A stretch of DNA of 64,000 nt, taken from an uncultured Gemmatimonadales bacterium (lineage in GTDB: Bacteria > Gemmatimonadota > Gemmatimonadetes > Gemmatimonadales > GWC2-71-9). The stretch lies in assembly GCA_963842945.1 (NCBI GenBank), contig CAWJIM010000019.1, positions 320,001 to 384,000 on the forward strand, in the 5' to 3' direction. A model generated the notes under the pieces. The model was not told where the DNA came from and made no database searches. It worked only from the letters and a program-made list of their open reading frames with translations. Both the position numbers and the translations under genes were made by a program. Of this stretch, positions 40,001 through 51,113 are shown piece by piece (the stretch's first letter is position 1; the number at the start of each line of letters is the position of its first letter).

Positions 40001-42496
40001 CTACTCCACCGCCGCGGTCGGGGCGACCTCATCACCGCCCGCCGCGGGTTCCGCCCCTCCTTCGTCTTCCTTGACCACCCGGGCAACATCGACCACGGCG
40101 TCGCCTGAATCCAGGTTCATGACCCGGACGCCCTGAGTGTTTCGCCCGATAACCCGGATTCCGTCTACCGGAAGCCGGATGATTACCCCTTGCCGGGTGA
40201 TCATCATGAGCTCGTCGTCGGGGATGACCTCCTTCAGGGCCACGATCGAGCCGGTCTTCTCCGTCTTCTTGAGGGTGATGATGCCCTTCCCGCCCCGCTT
40301 TTGCACTCGGTAGTCAGCCAATTCCGATCGCTTGCCATAGCCCTTCTCGCTTACCACCAGAATGCTCGCGTCGCGCCGCACCACTACCATCCCGATGACC
40401 TCGTCATTCTTCTCCAGCTCGATCCCTTTGACTCCAGTGGTGGCCCGGCCCATGTCGCGCACGTCGCCCTGATGGAACCGGATGCTCATCCCGCCCTTGG
40501 TAGCCAGAATGATGTCGCTGTTCTGGTCGCACACCTGGACGTCGATCAGCTCGTCGCCCTTTTCGATGTTGATGCCGCAAATGCCGGTGGCTCGTACGTT
40601 GCCGTAGGCCGACAGCACCGTCTTCTTCACCGTCCCCTGCCGGGTGGCAAAGATCAGGCACTTGTCTTCGGTGAACTCCCGCACCGGCACCAGGGCCGCG
40701 ATCTGCTCGTCCGGTTTGACGGCGATGCAGTTGATCACCGGCTTGCCTCTGGCTGCCCGGCCCGCCTGGGGAATCTCGTGCACCTTGAGCCAGTAGACCT
40801 GGCCCTTGTTGCTGAAGAACATCAGATAGTCGTGGGTGCTGGCGATGAACAAATGCTCCACCCAGTCATCGGCCTTGAGATCGGCCCCCGTGAGTCCCCG
40901 CCCTCCGCGCCGCTGCCGCTTGTAGGTCGTGATCGGGATTCGCTTGATGTAGCCGCTGTGGGAGATGGTGATCACCATATCCTCTTCGGCGATCAGATCC
41001 TCCACCGTGAACTCGCCCTGATCGGCCACGATCTCGGTGCGGCGGTCGTCTCCAAAGGTGCCCGCGATCTCCTCCATCTCCTCCTTCAGAATGGCCATCC
41101 GCTTGGACTTGGAGGCCAGAATCCCCTTCAGCTCCTTGATCGTGGCGCGCACCTCCTTCAGCTCCGCCTCCAGCTTCTCGATCTCCAGCCCGGTGAGCTT
41201 GGCCAGCCGCATGTTCAGAATGGCGTCGCTCTGCTTCTCAGTGAAGCCGAACCGCTTCCGCAGCCGAGCATCCGCCTGGGCGGTATCATTCGATCCGCGG
41301 ATGATTTTGATCACCTCGTCGATGTTGTCGACGGCGATCTTCAACCCGTCCAGGATGTGCTCCCGGGCCTGCGCCGCGTCGAGATCGAACTGCGTGCGCC
41401 GGACGATGACGGTGTGCCGGTGATCGATGAAGTGCTGGAGCAGCTCCTTCAGATTCATGATCTTGGGCGCGCCGTTGGTGAGCGCCAGCATGATCACCCC
41501 GAAGGTGGTCTGCATCTGGGTGTGCTTGTACAGCTGATTCAGCACCACGTTGGGAATGGCGTCTCGCTTGAGCTCGATGACGATCCGCATCCCGTCTTTA
41601 TCGGACTCGTCATTGATCCCGCTTATCCCCTCGATCTTCTTCTCGGCGGCAAGCTCAGCGATTGCCTTGACCAGGTTCTCCTTGTTCACCTGGTAGGGGA
41701 TCTCGGTCACCACGATCTGTGACCGGCTGGTGGTCTCCCGCTCCTCGATCTGGGCCCGGGCCCGCATCACCACCCGGCCGCGACCGGTTTCGTAGGCTTC
41801 CTTTATTCCCTCCCGCCCGTAGATGTAGGCGCCGGTGGGAAAGTCGGGTCCCTTGATAACCTTCCGCAGCTCACCGATGGTCGCTTCGGGATTGTCCACC
41901 AGCAGATGGACGCCTTTGACGATCTCACGGAGGTTGTGCGGCGGGATGTTGGTTGCCATGCCAACCGCGATGCCGCTGGAGCCATTCACCAGCAGGTTGG
42001 GGATCTTGGCAGGAAGAACCGTTGGTTCCTGCAGCCGGTCGTCAAAGTTGGCCTGGAAGTCGACGGTGTTCTTGTCGATGTCCTCCAGCATGGCCATGGC
42101 GATTCGGGTGAGCCTCGCTTCGGTGTACCGATATGCGGCCGCGGGGTCACCATCGACTGAGCCAAAATTCCCCTGACCGTCTACCAGCGGGTACCGCAGG
42201 GAGAACTCCTGGACCATTCGCACCAGGGCATCGTAAACCGACCCGTCGCCATGCGGATGGTACTTGCCGAGAACATCGCCTACGACGGTAGCCGATTTCT
42301 TATACGCGCGGCCGGGCACCAGTCCCAGCTCATTCATCGCGTACAGGATCCGCCGGTGGACCGGCTTCAAACCATCACGCACGTCCGGCAGAGCGCGGGA
42401 AACGATGACGCTCATCGAGTAATTGATGAACGACTGCTGCATTTCCTCTTCGATGAGCCGGGGCAGAATCCGTTCGCGCGAGTTCGGTGCTGTCAT
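40001..42496 (-). CDS. gyrA: DNA gyrase subunit A
   Basis: [22 protein letters not shown], GyrA-box QRRGGRG, beta-pinwheel repeats. Confidence 0.98.
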   Translation of the reverse strand: MTAPNSRERILPRLIEEEMQQSFINYSMSVIVSRALPDVRDGLKPVHRRILYAMNELGLVPGRAYKKSATVVGDVLGKYHPHGDGSVYDALVRMVQEFSLRYPLVDGQGNFGSVDGDPAAAYRYTEARLTRIAMAMLEDIDKNTVDFQANFDDRLQEPTVLPAKIPNLLVNGSSGIAVGMATNIPPHNLREIVKGVHLLVDNPEATIGELRKVIKGPDFPTGAYIYGREGIKEAYETGRGRVVMRARAQIEERETTSRSQIVVTEIPYQVNKENLVKAIAELAAEKKIEGISGINDESDKDGMRIVIELKRDAIPNVVLNQLYKHTQMQTTFGVIMLALTNGAPKIMNLKELLQHFIDHRHTVIVRRTQFDLDAAQAREHILDGLKIAVDNIDEVIKIIRGSNDTAQADARLRKRFGFTEKQSDAILNMRLAKLTGLEIEKLEAELKEVRATIKELKGILASKSKRMAILKEEMEEIAGTFGDDRRTEIVADQGEFTVEDLIAEEDMVITISHSGYIKRIPITTYKRQRRGGRGLTGADLKADDWVEHLFIASTHDYLMFFSNKGQVYWLKVHEIPQAGRAARGKPVINCIAVKPDEQIAALVPVREFTEDKCLIFATRQGTVKKTVLSAYGNVRATGICGINIEKGDELIDVQVCDQNSDIILATKGGMSIRFHQGDVRDMGRATTGVKGIELEKNDEVIGMVVVRRDASILVVSEKGYGKRSELADYRVQKRGGKGIITLKKTEKTGSIVALKEVIPDDELMMITRQGVIIRLPVDGIRVIGRNTQGVRVMNLDSGDAVVDVARVVKEDEGGAEPAAGGDEVAPTAAVE

Positions 42497-42749
42497 GGAG
42501 TTCCTGTGCTGGGGCTATGACGGCCAAGGGAGGCGTCGAGTCGGAGAAATATAGTCGGGCATGAGGCCGGGCAGCAACGCCGCGGTACCGGGGAAAGCTG
42601 GTCTGCAATAAGGACTTAGACGCCGGGCCGGGGCTACTCTTTGCTCGGACCGGGTTAAGCTGAACGGACTTCCGCCCGATACTTCGCTCGATACTTCCAA
42701 GTACAGCTTCTCTCGACCCCTGTGGCCGCCGGCCCAAGGATTCTCGCAT

Positions 42750-43433
42750 ATGGCTAGATGCTCGATGCTGCTTCTGACTCTCCTCCTGATGGCTCCTCCC
42801 GTTCTGGGGGCTCAAAGCAAGGGCGGAGGCACCGCGCCGAGCGGCTTCGACAGCTTCATCATGCTGGTACCGCCGCGGGATACGGGCAGCATCAAAAAGC
42901 AGATCCGTGTGACCACTGCCGCCATCCAGGCGGCAGAAAAGGCTCGGCAGCAGGCGGAGACCATGCGGCTCGGCGCCACCTCCAGGATCGAGTTCAAGAA
43001 GGTCGAGATCGTCCGGATCAAGGACCGCATCAATGTGGCCAAGAAGGAGAAGCGCGAGGCGGACCGGGTTGGACTCGAGGCAGAGCGGAAAGCGGCTGAG
43101 CGGGAGATCGAGCTGTTGAAGCGGCGCGAGGAGCTGCGGGAGGCAGAAACCGAGCTTGAGAGCAAGCGGGCCGAGTTCGCCAACCTGAACAAAAACGCCT
43201 TGGAGCTGGAGCTCCAGTTAGCGACGCGTCGTGCCGGACGGCTCCGGGCGCCCGTTGGGGGCACCGGGGGAGCCAGCCTGGATCGGGTGATCGGGGAGTT
43301 GGAGAAGCAGACCCTCGACGCCCAGCGGGCCCAGGCCGCCGTCAGTATCGAGGTGTCCGATCAGGAAATCCGGGTGCTCGACAGCCGCCTGGAGCTGCTC
43401 GATGCGCAGCAAAGAGTCTTGGGAGGAAAGTGA
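42750..43433 (+). CDS. Secreted coiled-coil hypothetical protein
   Basis: Signal peptide; E/K/R-rich heptads. Confidence 0.75.
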   Translation: MARCSMLLLTLLLMAPPVLGAQSKGGGTAPSGFDSFIMLVPPRDTGSIKKQIRVTTAAIQAAEKARQQAETMRLGATSRIEFKKVEIVRIKDRINVAKKEKREADRVGLEAERKAAEREIELLKRREELREAETELESKRAEFANLNKNALELELQLATRRAGRLRAPVGGTGGASLDRVIGELEKQTLDAQRAQAAVSIEVSDQEIRVLDSRLELLDAQQRVLGGK

Positions 43434-43714
43434 GATCAGCTCTGTAGCAGCCTTTCTGCCCCGCGCTCGCCTCGCACCAGCAGTACCGTCCTCGCGCCTA
43501 CCCCTACCACTGGAGAAGTCTTTGGCTGAATAACCTGGCCAATCTGCTCTCCGTTGCGGTCCAAAACCCTGAAAATCATTACCGGCTTGCGGTTGGCAAT
43601 CTCTACCATGAGTCCCTCGCGTTAGCTTCGTTGCCTGGGGGCCGTGCTTCTGTTGTGGTGTTGAGATGCCAGGATCTTCCAGAAGGTTGCTTGGTCCCGG
43701 GAGGATCCCGGACG

Positions 43715-43742
43715 CAACCGTATCGCGGCGAAGCGTGTCAGA
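43715..43742 (+). promoter_or_regulatory. Putative ECF sigma promoter
   Basis: CAACC-N17-GTCAGA before ECF gene; same motif at 47244. Confidence 0.55.
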
Positions 43743-43779
43743 GGTGCGATTCAGTCGAACGACCTACGCTCCGGAGCCG

Positions 43780-44312
43780 GTGGAAGAACGCGAACTGATC
43801 AGTCGAGTCTTGGCGGGAGACCCGAGCGCCGAGCGTGCCCTCTACGATGCGCACGTGGACCGGGTCTTTCGACTGGCGTACCGGATGGCAGGAGATATGG
43901 ATAAAGCTCAGGACTATACCCAGGAGACGTTTATCCGCGCGTTCAGCCGGCTGCAGACCTTCCGGGGTGACGCAGCCCTGTCAACCTGGCTGGGATCGAT
44001 TGCGATTTCGGTGACGTTGAATGGTTTGCGGAAGGTACGTCGCCGCAACGAGCGCGAGGTTGGGCTGGAGGACTTCACCCAGCCGGGCACACGAGACCTG
44101 AAGCCGACCCGGACCTCAAGACCCGGCTCAACCAGGCGATCGATGATTTACCCGAGGGATATCGAGCGGTGTTCATCATGCATGACGTCGAGGGGTACAC
44201 CCACGAAGAGATTGGCGCTACGCTCGGCGTGCACCCCGGAACGTCGAAGGCGCAGTTATTCCGGGCCCGGGCTCGGCTCCGGGAAACGCTGGCCGACTTT
44301 GCCAAGGACTGA
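43780..44312 (+). CDS. ECF RNA polymerase sigma factor (frameshift near 44095)
   Basis: Region 2 [17 protein letters not shown]; region 4 [32 protein letters not shown] in alternate frame. Confidence 0.9.
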
Positions 44313-44315
44313 GGA

Positions 44316-45004
44316 ATGATGGACGACCGATTCGACGATCGGCTGCGCGACTCCGCTCGCGAGTATAACGAACCCCCCGAAACACCCCGGGAGGAGCTCT
44401 GGCAGCGCATTACGGCGGCCCGGGAGGCGGAGAGGGCGGCGCCGAAGGAGAAGACCGAGAACCTGGAGCGCCCCCGCGTGCTCCCATTCCGTCGTCTTCG
44501 CAATGTCCGTCCGAATCGCCCGCTCACCTGGGCCGCCGGGGTTGCCGCCATCCTGGCGCTCGGTATCGGCCTGGGTCGCCTGAGCGTGGATCGTCCGACC
44601 ACTGTGCCCCAGCCGCAACCGGTGGCGGTGGTGGAGTCTCCTCGAATCAACGCAACGGCCTATCGGCTCACCACCACCGAGCATCTCAGTCAGTCCGAGG
44701 CCTTTCTCACCCTGTTTCGGGCCTCCGTGCGGAAGCCCGGTACCGAGCGGTTGGCCTCGGCGACGGCTCGGCAGCTCCTGGCAACCAACCGCCTTTGCTC
44801 GACTCGCCTGCGGCGAGTGATGCCCGGACCAAGTTGCTGCTGCAGGATCTGGAGCTGGTACTCGCGGAGATCGCGCAGCTTTCCCCCGAGCCTCGGTCGC
44901 GCGATCTAGAGCTGATCACTGATGGAATGGAGCAGGGCGGCGTGCTGTCCCGGCTCAGAACCGCCGTGCCCGCCGGCACGAGTGCAAGCCAAGGAGCGTT
45001 GTGA
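44316..45004 (+). CDS. Single-TM putative anti-sigma factor (frameshift near 44795)
   Basis: ELWQRI cytoplasmic helix, TM WAAGVAAILALGIGLG; adding one T restores RLLLDSP..LLQDLELVL. Confidence 0.75.
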
Positions 45005-46491
45005 TGTACTACTTGCAGTTTGGGGTTGCGTTGGCTGCTGTTGCCAGCGTGGCAGGCTATCCACTGACGGTGACGGGATCGGACTTCCCATCGACGGCGG
45101 TGCATACCACCATGGATTCGGTCAGTCCCCGGATCCCTGCAGCCTGGCTCCAAGGTGATCCGGCCGACTCGCTGTACCGCAGGGCCCGAGAGACGCTCAA
45201 TCGGCGCGACTATCGTGCTGCAGCCGATCTGTTTGCCCAGATTCACATCCGCTTTGCCCGGTCCGGGTATGCGGGGGATGCGCTCTACTGGGAGGCCTTT
45301 GCGCTGTATCGCCTGGGAGGCGATAACGACCTCAGAAGGGCTCGCACGGCCCTGCGGCAACAGCGGAAGAAGTATCCTGAGGCGGCCACCCACGGCGATG
45401 CCATGGCTCTCGAAAGCCGGATTCTGGGCGAGCTCGCCCAGCGAGGAGACGGCGAAGCGGCCGCAGAGATAGCGAGAAGGGCGGACAGCATTGCGCCTTT
45501 CACTCCGCCTATAGGACCGACGCCTCCAACGCCACCGACGCCACCGACACCGCCGACGCCACCGAGCTATGGGTCATCCAGCTCGTCGTCCCGCTCGAGC
45601 TCGAGCCATTGCGCCAGCGACGATGACGACATGAAGGTGGCCGCGCTTAACGCCCTGCAACAGATGGACGCGGCACGGGCCCGGCCCTTGCTACGACGCG
45701 TGCTTGCCAAGCGGGATTCTGCCTCGGCCTGCATCCGTCGGAAAGCCGTCTTCCTCGTAGCGCAGCAGGATGAGCCAGGAACCGAGGATATCCTGCTGGA
45801 ATCGGTGCGGAGCGATCCCGACCCCGAGGTTCGGCGCCAGGCGGTATTCTGGCTTTCCCAAGTCGGAACCGACCGTGCCGTCGGGGCTCTGGATTCCATC
45901 CTCCGATTCTCTCGCGATACCGAGATCCAGGAGCGGGCCGTGTTCGCTCTGTCGCAACACGACAGCCCTCGGGCCCAGCAGGCGCTCCGCACCTATGCCG
46001 AGCGCAAGGAGATTCCGGATGCTATTCGGGAAAAGGCGATCTTCTGGTTGGGCCAGCGCCAGACGCCGGACAACGCCGCTTTCCTCCGAAGTCTCTATGG
46101 TCGCCTGGACAGCGAGGAGCTGAAAAAGAAAGTCCTGTTCTCCATCTCCCAGATGGGTGGAGAAGCGAACGGACGGTGGTTGCTCAGCGTTGCTCGGGAC
46201 AGCTCGGAGAAGCTGGAGACCCGGAAACAGGCCCTCTTCTGGGCCGGCCAGGGCGGGGTCTCTATCGAAGAGTTGACCCGGCTCTACGCCAACGTAAGCG
46301 ACCGGGAAATGCGCGAGCAGCTGGTGTTCGTGTACTCCCAGCGGGATGAGCCGGCAGCGCTGGACAAGCTGATCGAGATTGCCAAGAAGGACCCTAACCC
46401 CGAGCTCCGGAAACGCGCCCTCTTCTGGCTGGGGCAGTCGGACCAGGCTCGTGCGGTCCAGGCCATCCAGGACATCATCGATCAGCCCTAG
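45001..46491 (+). CDS. Secreted TPR + HEAT-repeat protein with Pro/Thr linker
   Basis: Signal peptide, DALYWEAFALY, (PTP)n, repeated R..AxFWLxQ. Confidence 0.85.
   Translation: MMYYLQFGVALAAVASVAGYPLTVTGSDFPSTAVHTTMDSVSPRIPAAWLQGDPADSLYRRARETLNRRDYRAAADLFAQIHIRFARSGYAGDALYWEAFALYRLGGDNDLRRARTALRQQRKKYPEAATHGDAMALESRILGELAQRGDGEAAAEIARRADSIAPFTPPIGPTPPTPPTPPTPPTPPSYGSSSSSSRSSSSHCASDDDDMKVAALNALQQMDAARARPLLRRVLAKRDSASACIRRKAVFLVAQQDEPGTEDILLESVRSDPDPEVRRQAVFWLSQVGTDRAVGALDSILRFSRDTEIQERAVFALSQHDSPRAQQALRTYAERKEIPDAIREKAIFWLGQRQTPDNAAFLRSLYGRLDSEELKKKVLFSISQMGGEANGRWLLSVARDSSEKLETRKQALFWAGQGGVSIEELTRLYANVSDREMREQLVFVYSQRDEPAALDKLIEIAKKDPNPELRKRALFWLGQSDQARAVQAIQDIIDQP
45517..45564 (+). repeat. 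9-nt tandem repeat encoding (PTP)n
   Basis: ccgacgcct/ccaacgcca/ccgacgcca/ccgacaccg units. Confidence 0.8.
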
Positions 46492-46499
46492 GCCGAATC

Positions 46500-47240
46500 A
46501 TGCTGCGAGCCTGTCTTATACTGATCGTGGCCGGAACGCTGCCCGCGCCCTCTTCGGCTCAGAGTCTTCAGCAGCGGATAGCGGCGATTGACAGCGATAG
46601 AGTGCACTTGAGCTTCGCCGCTCGGACCGGCGTCTGTGGCGACGGAAATCAGAACATCAACGTCCAGGACAGCGAAGACTGGGAAGTAGAATGTGAGAGC
46701 CAGCCGGTCCGGGTGACTCTCGACATCCGCAACCACCATGTGGTTGCCCTTCGAACCTTTGTCGGTGGCCGCTGGCGCAACGCTTCACCGGCCAAGGATC
46801 TCGGCACCATCCGCCCGCAGGAGGCCGCGGAGTACTTCCTCGATCTCGCAGGAAGCCGGAGCGATCTGAGGGGTGATCCCGTGCTGCCCGCCACCCTCGC
46901 AGATAGCGTCACCATCTGGCCTTCGCTACTTCAGTTGGCACGCTCTCCCCGGCTCCCGCTGGAGCGGCGTCGCAGCGCAGTATTCTGGCTGGGCCAAGCC
47001 GCAGGAGCGGCGGTGGATGGAGCCCTCGACTCCATTGCCGGCGACACAGGCACCGATCGGGAGGTGCGGAAGCAAGCGGTATTTGCCCTGTCCCAGCGTA
47101 GTTCCGAGGAGGCGGTTCCGGCGCTCATTCGCGTCGCTCGAACCAGTCGGGACCCGGAGCTCAGGAGAACCGCGTTGTTCTGGCTGGGCCAGAGCAACGA
47201 TCCCCGAGCCATCGATGTTTTTGAGGAAATTCTGCGGTAA
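46500..47240 (+). CDS. Secreted HEAT-repeat protein
   Basis: Signal peptide; AVFWLGQ, AVFALSQ, ALFWLGQ repeats. Confidence 0.85.
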   Translation: MLRACLILIVAGTLPAPSSAQSLQQRIAAIDSDRVHLSFAARTGVCGDGNQNINVQDSEDWEVECESQPVRVTLDIRNHHVVALRTFVGGRWRNASPAKDLGTIRPQEAAEYFLDLAGSRSDLRGDPVLPATLADSVTIWPSLLQLARSPRLPLERRRSAVFWLGQAAGAAVDGALDSIAGDTGTDREVRKQAVFALSQRSSEEAVPALIRVARTSRDPELRRTALFWLGQSNDPRAIDVFEEILR

Positions 47241-47243
47241 GGC

Positions 47244-47271
47244 CAACCTTCTGACCGGATCCTCCGTCTAA
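47244..47271 (+). promoter_or_regulatory. Putative ECF sigma promoter (second copy)
   Basis: CAACC-N17-GTCTAA. Confidence 0.55.
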
Positions 47272-47310
47272 GCCTCGCGTATCAGCACTGGCTTGCACGA
47301 CGGAGGTTTC

Positions 47311-49965
47311 GTGGGAGATCCCACAACCACATTGGCACTGTACCTTGCCCTGTCCGGTCTGGGTGCTGGGCAGACCGATACCATTCCCGGTGGTCCAATC
47401 AAATCGAAGGTACACGCGGCACGCGCCTCGGCTGAAATCACTCTCGATGGGCAGCTGGCTGAAGCCGTGTGGGCGGCCGCTCCGCCGGTCTCCGGTTTCA
47501 TCCAACGCGAGCCTAACGAGGGAGCTCCCGCCAGCGAATCGACCGAAGTACGAGTGCTCTACGATGACGATGCGCTCTACATCGGCGCTCGGCTTTACGA
47601 CAGCAAGCCAGACAGCATTCGAGCCCAGCTCGCCCGCCGAGACCGGATCACCAACTCAGATCGGTTCCTCGTCTTCCTCGATTGCTACCACGACCGCCGG
47701 ACCGGCTTCTACTTCGGCATCAACGCGGCAGGCACCCTCTACGATGGCACGCTGTTCAACGATGACTGGGACAGCGATACCTGGGACGGGGTGTGGGAGG
47801 GCAAGGTCGGCCGCGATTCGTTGGGCTGGACCGCAGAGCTCCGGATTCCCTATTCCCAACTTCGGTTCGAGCGACGGAAAACGCAGTGGGGCATCAACTT
47901 CAAGCGTGAAATCGCGCGTCGCAATGAGCGCGCCTATCTGGTGCCCACCCCGAGCAATGGCAGTGGATTCGTCTCCCGGTTCGTGGAGCTGGCCGGCATC
48001 GAAGAGGTCTCGCCACCGCGCCGGTTGGAGGTTCTCCCGTATGTCACCACTCGCGCCGAATACCTGAATCATGAGGCTCAGGATCCCTTCAATGATGGCT
48101 CCTATCTCGGGGCTGGTATGGGAGGCGACGTCAAGCTTGGTATCGGCAGCAATCTGACCCTCGACGCCACCGTCAATCCGGACTTCGGCCAAGTCGAGGT
48201 CGATCCAGCGGTGGTCAATCTCAGCGATGTCGAGACGTTCTTCGACGAGCGTCGGCCGTTCTTCGTGGAAGGGGCCAGCATTTTCAACTTCGGAGAAGGG
48301 GGGGCCAACGACTTCTGGGGCTTCAACTGGGCCAACCCGAGCTTTCTCTATACCCGGAGAATTGGCCGGGCTCCCCAGGGCGAGTTGCCCGATGATTACG
48401 ACTATTCGGAGGTGCCGTCAGGCAGCAACATCATTGGAGCAGCCAAGCTCTCGGGAAAGGTGGGCACCTGGAGTTTGGGTGCGCTCAGTGCGTTCACCAG
48501 CCGCGAGCACGGCCAGTTTGCGCTGGACCAGCAGCACTGGCAGGAAGAAGTGGAGCCGCTCACCTATTACGGGGTATACCGGGCCCAGAAGGAAATGCAG
48601 GGAGGGCGTCATGGCCTCGGCTTTATGGGCACTCTTACGGCCCGCTCCTTCGATGAGCCCAAGCTGCCAACGGAGCTGAGCTCCACCGCCACCGGCCTGG
48701 GCATGGATGGTTGGACTACCCTGGACCCAGCGGGAATGTGGGTGATCAGCGGCTGGGCCGGCGTGAGCCGCTCCCATGGCACTCCCGAGCGGTTGCAGAG
48801 TCTCCAGGAAAGCTCGGTGCATTATTTCCAGCGGCCTGATGCGTCGTACCTCGGCGTTGATTCCAGCGCTACCTCCCTGGGCGGCTATGGTGCCCGGGTC
48901 TCGCTCAACAAGCAGAAGGGCAACTGGATGTTCAACTCTGCCCTGGGAATCATCGACCCGAAATTCGACCTGAACGATCTCGGGTTTCAGTTCCGCAGCG
49001 ACCAGATCAATAGCCATATCATGGTCGGACACAAATGGACCAGGCCCGGTCGGCTCCTGCGAAGCTGGCGGCTGAACCTCGCAGGATTTCGGAGCTACAA
49101 CTACGGTGGCGACGTGACCTGGACCGGGCTGTTTCTGACGGGACTCTACGAGATGCGGAACTTCTCGACCGGACGCTGGTTCGTGGCCTACAACCCGAGC
49201 ACCCTGAGCGACCGCCGAAGCCGCGGTGGTCCACTCATGATCAATCAGCCTGGAGTGGAGTGGGACTTCCAGATGGACTCTGATCCGAACAAGCGATGGA
49301 TCTACGGCTTCGGTCTGCACGGCAACCATTATCAGGAGGACTGGGAGCAGAGTTGGAGCGCCAGGGCCGCACTGGAATGGAAGCCCGGAGCACGCCTCTC
49401 GTTTCGCGTGGAGCCGCAGATCGAGCGAATCGGCACCTCGTCCCAGTACGTCGACACCTTCGACGACGTGCTGGCCACGTCCACCTATGGTCACCGCTAC
49501 GTCTTCGCTACGCTGGACCAGACCACCGTTTCGGCCAGCGTGCGCTTGAACTGGATCTTCACTCCGAAGCTCAGCCTCGAGGTCTACGCCCAACCGCTGG
49601 CCTCTTCGGGGCGATACACCGGGTTCAAGGAGCTGGCCCGGCCTAGGAGCTACGACTTCACCCCCTATCCCGACCCGGTGGACACCAGCGATCCCGACCG
49701 ACTCGCGATCGATCCCGATGGAGCCGGCCCCGCCGCCCAGCAGGAAATCGACGACCCCAACTTTTCGCTGGTTTCCCTCAGAGGAAACGCGGTGCTGCGC
49801 TGGGAATACTCACCGGGATCGACCCTGTTCCTGGTCTGGACCCAGAATCGGTCCGACAGCCAGAGCATCGGCGGCTTCTCCACCGGTTCTGCGCTGGGGC
49901 GGCTGTCCTCAGCTCCGGGCGACAACATCTTCCTGGTGAAAATTTCCTACTGGTGGAATCCCTAG
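47311..49965 (+). CDS. CBM9-like + DUF5916-type outer-membrane beta-barrel protein
   Basis: LDGQLAEAVW, GWTAELRIPYSQLRF, NPDFGQVEVD, ERRPFFVEG, C-terminal KISYWWNP. Confidence 0.85.
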   Translation: MGDPTTTLALYLALSGLGAGQTDTIPGGPIKSKVHAARASAEITLDGQLAEAVWAAAPPVSGFIQREPNEGAPASESTEVRVLYDDDALYIGARLYDSKPDSIRAQLARRDRITNSDRFLVFLDCYHDRRTGFYFGINAAGTLYDGTLFNDDWDSDTWDGVWEGKVGRDSLGWTAELRIPYSQLRFERRKTQWGINFKREIARRNERAYLVPTPSNGSGFVSRFVELAGIEEVSPPRRLEVLPYVTTRAEYLNHEAQDPFNDGSYLGAGMGGDVKLGIGSNLTLDATVNPDFGQVEVDPAVVNLSDVETFFDERRPFFVEGASIFNFGEGGANDFWGFNWANPSFLYTRRIGRAPQGELPDDYDYSEVPSGSNIIGAAKLSGKVGTWSLGALSAFTSREHGQFALDQQHWQEEVEPLTYYGVYRAQKEMQGGRHGLGFMGTLTARSFDEPKLPTELSSTATGLGMDGWTTLDPAGMWVISGWAGVSRSHGTPERLQSLQESSVHYFQRPDASYLGVDSSATSLGGYGARVSLNKQKGNWMFNSALGIIDPKFDLNDLGFQFRSDQINSHIMVGHKWTRPGRLLRSWRLNLAGFRSYNYGGDVTWTGLFLTGLYEMRNFSTGRWFVAYNPSTLSDRRSRGGPLMINQPGVEWDFQMDSDPNKRWIYGFGLHGNHYQEDWEQSWSARAALEWKPGARLSFRVEPQIERIGTSSQYVDTFDDVLATSTYGHRYVFATLDQTTVSASVRLNWIFTPKLSLEVYAQPLASSGRYTGFKELARPRSYDFTPYPDPVDTSDPDRLAIDPDGAGPAAQQEIDDPNFSLVSLRGNAVLRWEYSPGSTLFLVWTQNRSDSQSIGGFSTGSALGRLSSAPGDNIFLVKISYWWNP

Positions 49966-50001
49966 AGTAAGGAACGGCATGCAGGCCATTACCTTTCCTG
50001 C

Positions 50002-51099
50002 ATGCATCGCGGATTGATCTCTGGCGGCCTCTTCCTGCTCGCACTCCTGCTCGCCGGATGTGGAGCCTCGCAACCCAAAACGCCTGTCGTCGAGCTCACC
50101 GCGAGTGGTGATACGGTTCTGGCACCCTACGGAGAGATCACCGAAGCATCCTGGCTGGGGGGAAGTCGGTGGGCCGTCATCTCCCCGGCCGAGGAAGCAG
50201 TCGCGATCGTTGATCCCGCTCGACACACCACCACCCCGCTTGGTGGGCGCTCCTCGAAAAACCTGCGCAATCCGGCAAACATCTTCGTTGCCCAGGATAC
50301 GCTCTTCGTGGGAGACTGGGGACTTCGGCGGCTGACCTTGTGGGCCCCGCCGGGCCATCTCGCCCGGGCGATCGCAGCTCCCGCTATAACCCGTGGCACG
50401 CTGCCGCGGTCCCGCGATGCGGCTGCGCGGTACTACCTCGACCTCTACCCCCAACCGGGACCGGACGGCAGCGGCAACCGAGATTCCGCCGCGGTGGTCC
50501 AGGTGAACCCTGAATTAACCCGGATCGATACCATCGCTCGGCTGGCCCCTCTGGACATTGCCGAGGTAATCGGTGACGCCGGACGTCGGTTCGAGCGGCG
50601 GGTATTCAGCGGGGTGGATCGCTGGGGCGTACTACCTGACGGATCGCTCTGGGTGGCACGGGTGTACGAAAACCGGGTGGACTGGCGCTCACCCGAGGGG
50701 AAATGGTCGAAGGGTGTGGCGCTGCCCGACCGGGTTCTGGAGGTCACGAGGTATGACCGGGAGCTCTTTCTCCGGAAATTCCCGGCTGAGCTCAGGCGTA
50801 CCGCCCAGGACCTTCCCTTTGCTGCTCTCAAGCCGCCCTTTGAAGCGGGAGTGTCCGACCCCACCGGCCAGGTCTGGCTGGAAAAGAGCCGGGCACCTGC
50901 TGATTCATCGAGGCGCTACCATGTAGTGAACCGGGCCGGCCAGTTGGTGCGCGAGGTCAGAATTAGAGGATCAGGTCGCATCCTGGCCCTGGGAGAGCAC
51001 ACCGCCCTGGTGGCCGAGCCTGCGGCCGATGGCACCCGACTCATTGCGCTGCCGACTCCCGGCCCATCGCCCACGTCGATTACGCTTTCCCGCCCGTAG
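50002..51099 (+). CDS. Beta-propeller-like lipoprotein
   Basis: LLAGC lipobox; repeated beta blades. Confidence 0.75.
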   Translation: MHRGLISGGLFLLALLLAGCGASQPKTPVVELTASGDTVLAPYGEITEASWLGGSRWAVISPAEEAVAIVDPARHTTTPLGGRSSKNLRNPANIFVAQDTLFVGDWGLRRLTLWAPPGHLARAIAAPAITRGTLPRSRDAAARYYLDLYPQPGPDGSGNRDSAAVVQVNPELTRIDTIARLAPLDIAEVIGDAGRRFERRVFSGVDRWGVLPDGSLWVARVYENRVDWRSPEGKWSKGVALPDRVLEVTRYDRELFLRKFPAELRRTAQDLPFAALKPPFEAGVSDPTGQVWLEKSRAPADSSRRYHVVNRAGQLVREVRIRGSGRILALGEHTALVAEPAADGTRLIALPTPGPSPTSITLSRP

Positions 51100-51113
51100 A
51101 AGAAGGATTGCCC

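Noticed and set aside
40190..41722. Long antisense ORFs (also 28790-30610, 10048-11355, 35979-37436)
   Set aside because: Shadow ORFs of high-GC genes with no motifs of their own
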